A stretch of DNA of 64,000 bases from Limnothrix sp. BL-A-16 (GTDB lineage: Bacteria; Cyanobacteriota; Cyanobacteriia; CACIAM-69d). Within the stretch, counting starts at the first letter, position 1; every line of letters starts with the position of its first letter. This document shows, in pieces, positions 29,915-39,646 of this stretch. The notes under the pieces are model-generated. The model was not told where the DNA came from. It worked only from the letters and a program-made list of their open reading frames with translations, and ran no database searches. The position numbers and the translations under genes were made by a program. Location: contig CP166615.1 in NCBI GenBank assembly GCA_041937175.2, positions 2,848,001-2,912,000 on the forward strand. Direction: 5' to 3'.

Positions 29915-31363
29915 TCACCGCTTACCAATGTGGCGGCATCGATCGCACTGACCACAGCGCCAGTTAGCCGACTTGGGCGGTAACCCCAACGCTTGCAACA
30001 AAAAGCGCCACCGACAACCCCGATCGCTCCCGTAGCGCCGCATAGGCAGGTCAACCGATCGCCCCGTGCGGGCTTGGTGGGCGATCGCCGCTGACCATTG
30101 CCCCGACCATTGGTAGTGGAACGGATCGCGCCAGTCCAGTTGACCGAGGGCATGGAGCCAACTGAGGGCGATCGCCCCTTCAGCAAATCGATCGGCAACT
30201 TCAGCAATCGCCCCTTCCTGAGGTAAATGCCGGGCCACAAGACTCAAATTTTGGATTTGTTGGCGGGTTTGCTGCTGAAAGTAGCGATCGAGCCGCCGAT
30301 CGGTGCTGTCCAGCCAGCCGGTGGGTTCACTAATCAATAGCAAAATATCGGCCGGCTGCCCGTCTCGGCCGGCGCGACCAATTTCCTGCACATATTCCGC
30401 CGGAATCAGCGGCCGATGCCAATGAACAATCCAGCGCACATCGGGGCGATCGATCCCCATCCCAAAGGCGCTGGTGCAGGCCAAAAAGGGCAACTCACCC
30501 TTGACCCACTGGGCTTCCAGGCGGCGGCGATCGGGCGGTGGCAACCCGGCATGATAGGCGGCTGTCTGGTGGCCCCGATCGCGCAACTGTCGGGCCAGGT
30601 CTTCGCAAGCTTGGCGGCTGCGGGCAAAAATCAAACCCCCTTGGCCGGGGCGATCGCGCAACCAACGCTGCAAGTGCCACTGACGCTGGGCAGGAACCCA
30701 ACAGCGCTGCACCTGTAATCGCAGGTTGGTTCGATAGGGGGATTGCTCAAACCGAGCTGGATTCCGCAACCCCAAGACTTGGGCAATGATGGCGCGATCG
30801 GTGGGGGTGGCGGTGGCCGTGAACGCGGCGATCGGGATTGGCTTTTGGGCCGCTGCTTCCAGGGTCTGGCGGGCGATCCCTAACCGGCGGTAGGCGGGCC
30901 GAAAGGTTTCGCCCCACTGGGCCAAGCAATGGGCCTCATCGATCGCCAGGCCCTGAATTTGGGGAGCCAACCGCAACAACCGTGGCCAAACTCGTTGGCT
31001 GAAAAGGGTTTCGGGCGACAGATACAGCAATCGCAACTGGCCCTGCTCTAGGCGATCGAGCACCGCTTTTTGTTCCGATCGAGGCACTTCGCTATGCAGG
31101 GTGGCGGCCGGCAATCCCTTAGCCCGCAGGTCTGCCACTTGTCGATCCATCAGCGACACCAGGGGCGACACCACCACAGTCAAACCCGATCGCAACAGGG
31201 CCGGCAATTGAAAGCACAAAGATTTACCAGTTCCCGTTGGCAACAGGGCCCACAGATCCCGCCCTTGCAAAATGGTTTGAATAATGTCGCCCTGGGGGCC
31301 GCGAAATCCGTCGTAGCCCCACAGGGTTTGAAAGAGCGATCGCGCCCGTTGCCACTCATCCAT
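29915..31363 (-). CDS. recQ: RecQ-family ATP-dependent DNA helicase (short form)
   Basis: PTGTGKSLCFQLP, DEAH, TATA, AFGMGID, QEIGRAGRDG, C-terminal Zn motif CR..CGQCDRC. Confidence 0.88.
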   Translation of the reverse strand: MDEWQRARSLFQTLWGYDGFRGPQGDIIQTILQGRDLWALLPTGTGKSLCFQLPALLRSGLTVVVSPLVSLMDRQVADLRAKGLPAATLHSEVPRSEQKAVLDRLEQGQLRLLYLSPETLFSQRVWPRLLRLAPQIQGLAIDEAHCLAQWGETFRPAYRRLGIARQTLEAAAQKPIPIAAFTATATPTDRAIIAQVLGLRNPARFEQSPYRTNLRLQVQRCWVPAQRQWHLQRWLRDRPGQGGLIFARSRQACEDLARQLRDRGHQTAAYHAGLPPPDRRRLEAQWVKGELPFLACTSAFGMGIDRPDVRWIVHWHRPLIPAEYVQEIGRAGRDGQPADILLLISEPTGWLDSTDRRLDRYFQQQTRQQIQNLSLVARHLPQEGAIAEVADRFAEGAIALSWLHALGQLDWRDPFHYQWSGQWSAAIAHQARTGRSVDLPMRRYGSDRGCRWRFLLQALGLPPKSANWRCGQCDRCRHIGKR

Positions 31364-31408
31364 CCCGATCGCGCCTAGGTCTCGGATGCCGCGCCGCCCG
31401 TCAATGGC

Positions 31409-31756
31409 CTAAACCGAAGCCAAGGGGCGCTCGGCCGGTTTGGGATCAATTTTGCTGCACACCTCATAGAAATTTGTGACCGGCGGTTTCAGGAAAAGGT
31501 GAGCCATTTTGGCAAAAATTGCCTCGCAAACTTCATTGCGATTGGCATCCATATCATCAATGTTGTCCCAAAAGATCACCGCAATGCCGCGATCGCTGTT
31601 GGTCTCTTGCAGCAAATAAGCCCCTTCAAAACCCTGTTTGTAGGTGGAAACTGCCGCTTCAAACAGTTGTTGGGCTTCGGTAAATTTGCCCGGCCGAAAT
31701 TCCCCGATCGCCACGTAGGCATATTGATGCTTCAGGAAGTCTAGAAATTCGCTCAT
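31409..31756 (-). CDS. Antibiotic biosynthesis monooxygenase-like (dimeric alpha-beta barrel) protein
   Basis: MSEFLDFLKH.YAYVAIGEF.PGKF.EA..GF.GAYLL..GIAVIFW conserved cyanobacterial pattern. Confidence 0.65.
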   Translation of the reverse strand: MSEFLDFLKHQYAYVAIGEFRPGKFTEAQQLFEAAVSTYKQGFEGAYLLQETNSDRGIAVIFWDNIDDMDANRNEVCEAIFAKMAHLFLKPPVTNFYEVCSKIDPKPAERPLASV

Positions 31757-32007
31757 AATGTTCGTCGAGTCCTCACGGTGCTTGCTTAAGGCCAGCCTAA
31801 CTCGATCCCCTGGCGTAACTTGAAAAAGCCGATCAAACATCACTGACTTGTAGCGAATTGCAATGCTTTGCAACCTCTCAGCTTGCTAACTTTACGAAGC
31901 AATAATCAAAGCGATACTAAAGGTCATAATCAGCCAGTTAAACCAATCAACTTTCGACCAGATTTTTTTTGTTAACTCAGTTAATTCGGCTAACTGGGTT
32001 AACTCGG

Positions 32008-32631
32008 TTAACGGCGCGATCGGGTGACTGCCCAAAGTCCCAAAAATCCCAGACCCACGCCGCCCACACCCAACCAAACCAGTTCCCCAGAATGCCATGG
32101 GGTCTCGGTGGTCGTTTCAGCAGCGGCCACTGGTGAGGCGATCGCAGCGGCCACGGGCGAGGGAGTCGAACTAGCGGCGGGGGCCGCGCCGGCCAGCACG
32201 GTGGTTTCGTATCGAAACTCAAAGGGTTGAAAGTCGCCCGGTTGTTTCGGCTGGCCTTTCAACACCAAATCATAGGCCCCCGCTGCCGGAAACACGGTGG
32301 TTGCACCGGGCATGTTTTGAAACCCTTCGGCGGCCTTGGGTGTGAGGGGCGGTTGCCAGGGTTGGGGGGCTGTCGGACTCTGCAAGCGGGGGCTGATGGT
32401 CAGTTGGCAGTTGCAGCGATCGAGGGGGATCGTTGCGCCGCCTTTGCGCGTGAGGCTAAACCAAATGGTGGCCGGTTCGCCCGATCGGGGATTGTGGTCG
32501 GGTTCCAAGTGAAACAGGGCCGCCACATCGGCTCCCACCTTCACCTGGTGGGCCCCCGAAGGCCAGGCCAGGCCAAACCCCAGCCCGATCGCCCCCAAGC
32601 CAACGCTCATCCAGCCTGTTGCTCGGTTCAT
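32008..32631 (-). CDS. Exported hypothetical protein with C-terminal membrane anchor
   Basis: Signal peptide ending AH, HLEPDHNPRSGEP motif, C-x-C, C-terminal TM plus basic tail; ATGA overlap with the upstream ABC gene. Confidence 0.7.
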   Translation of the reverse strand: MNRATGWMSVGLGAIGLGFGLAWPSGAHQVKVGADVAALFHLEPDHNPRSGEPATIWFSLTRKGGATIPLDRCNCQLTISPRLQSPTAPQPWQPPLTPKAAEGFQNMPGATTVFPAAGAYDLVLKGQPKQPGDFQPFEFRYETTVLAGAAPAASSTPSPVAAAIASPVAAAETTTETPWHSGELVWLGVGGVGLGFLGLWAVTRSRR

Positions 32632-33440
32632 GCGGCTTGCCCCAGATAGGCTTCCAAAACCCTTGGATCCGCTTGGATCATGTCCGGGGAGCCATCCGCT
32701 AAATTTTGACCATCCGCCAAAACCCACACCCGATCGCACAGGGACATAATCACATCCATGTTGTGTTCCACAATCAGGAAGGTCAGTCCTTCCCGATTCC
32801 AGGTTTGGATTCGATCGCAGATTTGCTCAATCAGAGCTGGGTTCACACCGGCCGCTGGCTCATCGAGCAACACCAACTTGGGTTGCACCATCAGGGCCCG
32901 CCCCATTTCCAGCAATTTTCGCTGCCCACCGGACAAAGAACCGGCATATTCCCGCGCCATGTGGGCCAGGCCGATCGCCTCCAGCAGCTCCATGGCTCGC
33001 AATTCCAATTCCCGCTGCTGGCGACGGATGCGGCTGCTTTGGGTCCAAACTTCCCAAAATTTTTCGCCCCGCTGATCTTGGGCTGCCAAAATCATGTTCT
33101 CCAGCACCGACAGCCGGGAGAGCACCCGCGCCACCTGAAAGGTTCGCACCATCCCCCGGCGGGCAATTTGGTGGGGCGACAGGTTGTGAATGGGTTGCCC
33201 ATCCAAAAACACTTCACCGCTATCGGAGGGAATGAAGTTAGAAAGCAGGTTAAAGAGGGTGGTTTTGCCTGCTCCGTTCGGGCCAATCAGGCCGGTAATA
33301 CTGCCCGATCGCACCTCAATGTTGGCTCCCTTCACGGCTTTCAGGCCCCCAAAGCTTTTGCAAAGTTGCTTGGCTTGCAGCAGGGGCCGAGCAGGCAGGG
33401 TTTCGGTCATTTGGGGCCGATCGCTGGTGGAAGGGGTCAT
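32628..33440 (-). CDS. Branched-chain/neutral amino acid ABC transporter ATP-binding protein (LivG/NatA-like)
   Basis: GPNGAGKTT, RTFQ, LSGGQ, LDEPAAG, VLEAYLG. Confidence 0.9.
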   Translation of the reverse strand: MTPSTSDRPQMTETLPARPLLQAKQLCKSFGGLKAVKGANIEVRSGSITGLIGPNGAGKTTLFNLLSNFIPSDSGEVFLDGQPIHNLSPHQIARRGMVRTFQVARVLSRLSVLENMILAAQDQRGEKFWEVWTQSSRIRRQQRELELRAMELLEAIGLAHMAREYAGSLSGGQRKLLEMGRALMVQPKLVLLDEPAAGVNPALIEQICDRIQTWNREGLTFLIVEHNMDVIMSLCDRVWVLADGQNLADGSPDMIQADPRVLEAYLGQAA

Positions 33441-33489
33441 GGCAACGGGCGACTCAAGGGGCAACGGGCCCCACGGGGCCCCACAAACA

Positions 33490-33563
33490 CGGGACTGGCG
33501 GGATTCGAACCCGCGACCTAGCGCTTAGGAGGCGCTTGCTCTATCCATCTGAGCCACAGCCCC
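33490..33563 (-). tRNA. trnR: tRNA-Arg(CCT)
   Basis: GGGGCTG/CAGTCCC acceptor stem; anticodon arm AGCGC-CTCCTAA-GCGCT; GGTTCGAATCC. Confidence 0.95.
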
Positions 33564-33627
33564 AAATCCAAATTTCAGACCGATTATAGGCGAATTTTTT
33601 GCGTTGCTTCGGTTAAGACGGCAACGG

Positions 33628-34485
33628 TTACGGTGGTGGATTGGCCTCAGGGGCGATCACCTGGAGGGTCAAGCGGTAATGGTAGAGGGCCACGGGGCGG
33701 TTGCGGGTCACGGAGGCATAGCGATCGCGCGGGGCCAGATAAATGGCTGTGAACTGATCGGCTTCAATTGCGTCCGGGGCCATGCGGCGATAATCCGTGG
33801 TGGTTTCCACCGCGTTGGCATAGACCGATCGCCCCTGTTGAGTCCCCTCGTTTTGAAAGGACTGCACGATCACTTCCGTGGCCAAAAAACGCCGATCACT
33901 CGGGGTTTCGCTCGCTCGATCGGTCACGGTGGAGACCAAGGCCCGCTGATTGGCCAACTTCAAAATCTGCTCGTTGGGATTGCCCGGATCCGCCACCACC
34001 CCAGCAATGGCCCTTCGTCCCAGGTAGGCAGCGGCAATGTTCAACCCGTTAAAGGCGCGATCGGCCACAATTGGGGCCCGATCGGGCGGTTGATATTTCC
34101 GCAGGGGAAAAGCACTCAGGGCCGGGGCAATGGTTTGGGGGCCAAATCGCACCGCAAAGCTCACGGGCTGGCCCAGGAGCGATCGATTGCTCTCAAAACC
34201 GGGGGTAACAATTTCCGGCGCAAACGGAGCCGACAACTCCAGCAACGTGCTGTTGACCTGCCAGTCACCCGCCATCCACGGGGGATAGATCAAGTCTCCG
34301 GCGGCGGGTTTGGTGGGGGGCTTGGTGACCCAATAGGGAAAGGCGTTGACCCGATCGAGCAGGGGGCCCGCTTGGGCCACAGCGGGCCAACCCAGCCAAG
34401 CGATTACCCCCCAGCAGAGGGCGACTCCCAGGGCTAACCAGCGGTTGAACGTCGGGATCTCCGACCGCTTCGATCGCCGCGTCAC
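33628..34485 (-). CDS. Conserved cyanobacterial/plastid exported protein (DUF6816-like)
   Basis: Signal peptide; GDLIYP.WM.G.W.V.S.L, VADRAFN, PVALY.YRL motifs. Confidence 0.65.
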   Translation of the reverse strand: MTRRSKRSEIPTFNRWLALGVALCWGVIAWLGWPAVAQAGPLLDRVNAFPYWVTKPPTKPAAGDLIYPPWMAGDWQVNSTLLELSAPFAPEIVTPGFESNRSLLGQPVSFAVRFGPQTIAPALSAFPLRKYQPPDRAPIVADRAFNGLNIAAAYLGRRAIAGVVADPGNPNEQILKLANQRALVSTVTDRASETPSDRRFLATEVIVQSFQNEGTQQGRSVYANAVETTTDYRRMAPDAIEADQFTAIYLAPRDRYASVTRNRPVALYHYRLTLQVIAPEANPPP

Positions 34486-34489
34486 CCCA

Positions 34490-35530
34490 CTACCACCCTG
34501 TTTGGAAATTCATAAACAGCCCCACAAAAAATGCCAACTGGGCCGCCAGCAAAAACATATACAGCACCGCCCGGGGCCGGAAAATCGACAGCAGCAGCCC
34601 GATCGCCTTCAGGTCAATGATGGGGCCAAACACCAAAAAGGACAGCAGAGAACCGCTGGTGAACGCGCCCGAAAAGGACAGGGCAAAGAAGGAATCCACG
34701 GTGGAACAAATGGAAATCACCGCCGCCAACACCATCATGGCGATGATTGAGGTGACGGGCCCTTGTCCCAAACTGAGCACCACCTCGCGCGGCACGGCCA
34801 CCTGCACCACCGCCGCGATCGCGCTGCCCAAAATCAACACGCCGCCCAGTTCCCGCAGCTCTCGCACCACGTTTTCCAAAAACAATCGCCAGCGTTCGGC
34901 TCCGCTCATGCGCTCGCGCGATCGATCCACCGCCAAGGACTGCATCGTGGCCAACGAAGACTCCAGCGGTTTGCCCGTGGTCACCCCTGGCCAGTAGGTT
35001 CCCGAGGTGAGCAAGCCCCGCTCTTGGGCCACTCGCTCAATGCCCGTTAGTTCGCGCGATCGCAGCATGGAACGGGCCAAACCCGGATTCAGAAAAGGCC
35101 GTAAATCCTTTTGGGCCCCAAATACACAGCCCACAATCACCGCAATCAGCAAGGCTGCCAAAACCCGAAACACCACCAATTCGGGGCGATCGCGAAAGGC
35201 GGTCCAGGTGGCCCAAATGGCCACCGGATTGGCCGTGGGCGCAGCCAGCAAGAACCCCACCGCCACCGGGGCCGGAATTCCCTGCAACAACAGCCGCCGC
35301 GCCACGGGCACATTGCCACATTCACAGACCGGAAAGCAGAACCCCATCACGCTGCCTGCCAAAGCCCCCAAAACGGGATGGCGCGGCAGCAGGGAAATTA
35401 AGCGTCCTTCGTCAATGAACAATAACAGCGCGCTCGAAAACACCACTCCCATGAGCAGGAAGGGCAGTGCCTCCACAATTAGGCTCAGGAACAGCGTAAA
35501 ACCAGCGTTGAAAGCGCGATCGAGCGGCAT
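34490..35530 (-). CDS. Predicted permease (DUF318/ArsP_1 family)
   Basis: EALPFLL.G, FPVCECGNVPVARRL, SICSTVD, FLVFGP.IDLK. Confidence 0.85.
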   Translation of the reverse strand: MPLDRAFNAGFTLFLSLIVEALPFLLMGVVFSSALLLFIDEGRLISLLPRHPVLGALAGSVMGFCFPVCECGNVPVARRLLLQGIPAPVAVGFLLAAPTANPVAIWATWTAFRDRPELVVFRVLAALLIAVIVGCVFGAQKDLRPFLNPGLARSMLRSRELTGIERVAQERGLLTSGTYWPGVTTGKPLESSLATMQSLAVDRSRERMSGAERWRLFLENVVRELRELGGVLILGSAIAAVVQVAVPREVVLSLGQGPVTSIIAMMVLAAVISICSTVDSFFALSFSGAFTSGSLLSFLVFGPIIDLKAIGLLLSIFRPRAVLYMFLLAAQLAFFVGLFMNFQTGW

Positions 35531-35714
35531 TCAAATCTCCAAGCTCACTGTCGGAAACCAACGAGGCTCAGGGCCTCATCGACCGGCGATGCTACGGGGC
35601 GATTGTACCGTATCGATGTTAACGAACTGACCTGGAATCAACCGCCAATTAGCCGCTAGTTAGCCACGAATTAATCGCTGATTAGCGGCCCATCAACCCT
35701 AAATCAGCCGTCCA

Positions 35715-36371
35715 TCAACCCAGTTGAGCTGCCGCTGCCTCGGATACTTGGGCGATCGAATCTTGGCTGAGGATCTCCAGCGCGGCCCGGGCCTCGGGTG
35801 CGTTGAATTGCCCCAAGGTGAGGGCCAACCGGTGGCGCACCTGCCAATCGCTGCTGTCCATAAACGGTAACAGATGGGGCAAAGCGCGATCGTCCGCCAA
35901 CTCGCCCAGGGCCCCAATCGCCCCCAGTCGCTCCAATTCATTATCGGAAGCCAAGGCCGACAACAGCACATCCACCGCCCGGAGGTCGCCCAATTCCCCC
36001 AGGGCCGAAAGGATGCTGAAGCGCACCAACCATTCCCCGCTGGATTGATACAAGGCCACCAAGTCTTCGTAGGCCGCCGTCAGCTTCAAGCCACCGAGGC
36101 AGTCGGCCGCCGCCGCCTGCACGTCCGGTTCCGGATCCGACAGCAACCCCCGCAACAGTTCCAGCGATCGATCGGGATCTTGCCCGCCCAGGCTGTCAAA
36201 CTGGCTCACCGCCGCATAGCGGACTCGGGTGTTGGCATCCCCGATCGCCAGTTGAATCAGCGCAAATCCTTGATCCGGCGGTAGAGCACGAATGTCATTC
36301 ACCGCCCGCAGGCGATCGCTCAAATTCTCAGAATGCAGCAGCTCACGAATTTGGTCAGGGGTGGCAGTCAT
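35715..36371 (-). CDS. nblB: Phycobilisome degradation HEAT-repeat protein NblB
   Basis: LL.SE...DRLRAVN.IR, RVRYAAVSQ, DVQAAAAD.LG.L, EWLVRFSI..ALGELGD. Confidence 0.78.
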   Translation of the reverse strand: MTATPDQIRELLHSENLSDRLRAVNDIRALPPDQGFALIQLAIGDANTRVRYAAVSQFDSLGGQDPDRSLELLRGLLSDPEPDVQAAAADCLGGLKLTAAYEDLVALYQSSGEWLVRFSILSALGELGDLRAVDVLLSALASDNELERLGAIGALGELADDRALPHLLPFMDSSDWQVRHRLALTLGQFNAPEARAALEILSQDSIAQVSEAAAAQLG

Positions 36372-37113
36372 AACAGCGTCATTAAATAAAGCGTAGTCAA
36401 ACGGAGATGAATTCAATCAACCATTAACAAGCCATCAACCCGACCCCAATTCTGGCCAGGCAATGGGCGAAACAGGCGATCGCCCTTGGGCCCAAAGGTG
36501 GGGTGGCGCTTCCAGCAACTATACGGAAAAACCGGAGGCGCTTCACGGCCCCGCGATCCCCATCCAAGGATTGTGCAGGACTTTCAGCGTTGGGATCGCT
36601 GTTGGGATCGCCATTTCTCAAACATACTGACAGATCCCCGGGCAAGTGGTTGCATAAATTTAAAACATAAATTCAAGAGCCGTTACCTGAAATAGCAGCT
36701 CGCCGCATTTCTAATACAAGGCTGTTATATTCAACGGTCATTACTCAACGAATGAGTAAACATTGATTGCAACAGAGACTATCCTCAAAAACTCGATGGT
36801 AGATTAACAACATGAAGCAAGAGAGCTTCAGCTCCGAAACAGCCTCCTAAAGACTCCTGTTGAAGAGTCAATTGCAAATAGTTTGATTGCAAAACGCTGT
36901 TTTTTGTTCAAGATCGAGCAATAGCACCCTGCTGAGACGCTCATTTCTCCCCAACTTAATTATCCAGGGAATTTCGGTTTAAGTTGCTAGGAAGCAATTT
37001 TCAACCTTCATGAGTTCTGTATGAATCATGACAGTGTTGAGACCGAATCCGCTAAGGATCAACGTATGAGAGGAGAACAGAAGCAGTCTATCGCCTGGGT
37101 GCTATTCTCGTTT

Positions 37114-38046
37114 TCAAATTTGGGATTGAATCCAATTGCGCAAATAATCATCCACCAGATCCGGTACTTCATCATGGGGACAGTGGCCCGCATTTAAAAA
37201 GTGCTCCGTGATTCGATCAAAGTGTTGATGAAACTGAGCCGATCGCGCCCTGGTTTGCATCCAAGGATCTCCTTCGCCCCACAGCAACAGCAAGGGAGAT
37301 TGCAACTTGCCCAGAAGTTGATCGACGTTTTCGCCCCGAGGGGATTTAAACACCGAAGCGAACACTTTCACGGCTCCCGGATCGCAAGAAGGGCGATAAA
37401 TTTCTTCCACCAGGCGATCGGTCACGGCGGTTTGATCTAAATACACCTTTTGCAGTGTTTTGCGAATGGTGGATTTGCGTCTAGCATTTTGAAACAGTAA
37501 ATAGCTGGGCAACGGCTGCAACAGCACATTTTGAACTAGCGATCGAACCAGTTTTTGGAACCCATTGGGCTGGGTTTGGGTTGTGGTTTCCGTGAAAGGG
37601 CCCGCACTGTTGAGCAGGGCAACCCCACAAACCGATTCGGGATGATTGGCAGCCACACAAAGGGACGCATAGCCCCCCAAGGAATTTCCGGCGATCACCA
37701 CCGGTTTACCAATCACCTGCTGAATAAATTCCTGGAGCTGTTCTTGCCACAGTTGACCGCTGTAGACCCAATCGGGCTTGGCCGATCGCCCAAAGCCCAA
37801 CAGGTCGATCGCCCAGACTTCAAAGTCTTGCTGAAGATCCGCGAGGTTTTTGCGCCAATGATCCGTCGAAGCTCCAAACCCATGCACCAACAGAATGGGC
37901 GGTTGCTGGGGATGGGCCGTTCCCGATCGCACGTAGTGAATCGCTTGATCGCGCCACTGCCAAAACTGACTGGGGGGCGCATCGGCCGCCGCCAATTGAG
38001 CACGGCGATCGAGATTGGCGGCGATCGGGAGATTCACAGCGGTCAT
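37114..38046 (-). CDS. Alpha/beta-fold hydrolase
   Basis: LVHGFGAS, DLLGFGRS, GNSLGG nucleophile elbow, GHCPHDE. Confidence 0.9.
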   Translation of the reverse strand: MTAVNLPIAANLDRRAQLAAADAPPSQFWQWRDQAIHYVRSGTAHPQQPPILLVHGFGASTDHWRKNLADLQQDFEVWAIDLLGFGRSAKPDWVYSGQLWQEQLQEFIQQVIGKPVVIAGNSLGGYASLCVAANHPESVCGVALLNSAGPFTETTTQTQPNGFQKLVRSLVQNVLLQPLPSYLLFQNARRKSTIRKTLQKVYLDQTAVTDRLVEEIYRPSCDPGAVKVFASVFKSPRGENVDQLLGKLQSPLLLLWGEGDPWMQTRARSAQFHQHFDRITEHFLNAGHCPHDEVPDLVDDYLRNWIQSQI

Positions 38047-38530
38047 GGGGCGAATGGAGGGGGAATTATAAATTTATGTAAACATTCTAGCGCCAAGCTC
38101 AAATCTTGTCGCGATCATGGAACTTCTACAACCCCCATTCCAGTCAGGGAGTGATGAATTCAATCACAATGTTTACCGAATCAAAATAAATTAAGAGATT
38201 CGGTCAAAACAAGGATTGACTCTATGGCAGATGCTAGAAAAGAGTTCCTTTGGACATCTGAATAGAGAAACTTTTTGGGGCAAAATCTTTCTAAATGAAA
38301 GATCGAACCACGAATTTCTAGCCATTGTTCACAACCGGTTTTTATTTACATACAGCATCTCTCGATCTTGTTTGTAAATAAAAACTCGTGGACTTTATTT
38401 TGCATATTCAAGAGATTGCGTCATTCACCAGCGCAGTCCATTGGTTCGTTTTCTGAGACTTGAGACTGCTCCCCCAATTGGCTCGGAGCGAATTTTGCTT
38501 GCCCTTGAACCCTAGTCAGGACTCAACCCT

Positions 38531-39577
38531 ATGACAGCTTTGAATAGCCTGTTTGATGAATCCTTTTATTTAGCAGCCTATCCCGATGTGGCAGCGGCCG
38601 TTCGCAATCGCCAACAGGCCAGCGGTTTGCAACATTTCCTAAATTCAGGGATGCGGGAAGGACGCACAGCCATTAGCCGGTTCTATAGCCAACCCGATCG
38701 GGAGCTAGCCTATCGCCAAGCCTATCCCGACGTGGATGCTGCCATTCGATCGGGCGGTTTAGCCTCCGGTTTGCAGCACTATTTCCAGTCAGGAGAATCG
38801 GAAGGCCGCAGCCTGTTTCCCCGCGCGTTTGATGAGCAGTGGTATCGCAAACGGTTCTCGGATGTGAACAATGCGATCGCCCAAAAAACCTTTACTTCTG
38901 GATTAGAGCATTACGTGCGATTTGGGCGTAGCGAACAGCGTGCCCCCTCAACCTTCTTTGACTTCGACTATTTCCAAGCCTATCCCGATATAAAAGCGGC
39001 CAGGGACAACGGTGCAGCGTTTTTATCGGGTTGGGATCACTTCAATCAATCGGGCCGCATTGAAGGGCGAGTGGCGACGTTTTCGGGAACTAAGGGCAAT
39101 GATTTGGTGGTGGGAAATGGGGCCCTCGATACGCTCACAGGGGTGGAAATGGATGCGGGACGATGTTTTGTGGGCGGCACGTTAACCGGCGGACAATGCC
39201 GAGAATATCTCTCCTTGGGAGCCAATGAACTGGACACATTGACGGGCGGGCCCGGCGTGGATTCCTTTGAAGTGGGCCGCCAACTCACCACCCGACTGGG
39301 CATCAACTACAGCCCCTTTTACACCGCTGCTGGAAATTCAGATTTTGTGCGCATTCAGAATTTTGAACCGGGCAAGGATCGCTTGATTTTGGGAACTAAG
39401 CAGGGAGATCCTGGCTTTAATGCGTCAGGCACTGAATTTGTCAGCGCCCCGGATGGTGTTTATGTTTATGCCCGGTCTCCGTTTCTGACGGGTGGGGCTG
39501 ACCTGATGGCGATCGTGGAGGGGGCTAATCTGGATGCCAGTGATGTGTTGGTCAGCACAACTTTCTTGGGTAGCTAG
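38531..39577 (+). CDS. Secreted/surface repeat protein (Y..AYPDV..A..SG..H...G..EGR repeats with RTX-like C-terminus)
   Basis: Four ~45-aa repeats; GTKGND and GGPGVD nonapeptide-like units; I.NF..G.D.L.L C-terminal motif; no Sec signal peptide. Confidence 0.7.
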   Translation: MTALNSLFDESFYLAAYPDVAAAVRNRQQASGLQHFLNSGMREGRTAISRFYSQPDRELAYRQAYPDVDAAIRSGGLASGLQHYFQSGESEGRSLFPRAFDEQWYRKRFSDVNNAIAQKTFTSGLEHYVRFGRSEQRAPSTFFDFDYFQAYPDIKAARDNGAAFLSGWDHFNQSGRIEGRVATFSGTKGNDLVVGNGALDTLTGVEMDAGRCFVGGTLTGGQCREYLSLGANELDTLTGGPGVDSFEVGRQLTTRLGINYSPFYTAAGNSDFVRIQNFEPGKDRLILGTKQGDPGFNASGTEFVSAPDGVYVYARSPFLTGGADLMAIVEGANLDASDVLVSTTFLGS

Positions 39578-39646
39578 TTTGGAGAGTGGCTGGCTTGGGC
39601 CACCGCTCTCCTTGCAATTTCCTCGTTTCTTTTGGTCGGTGGTTCC

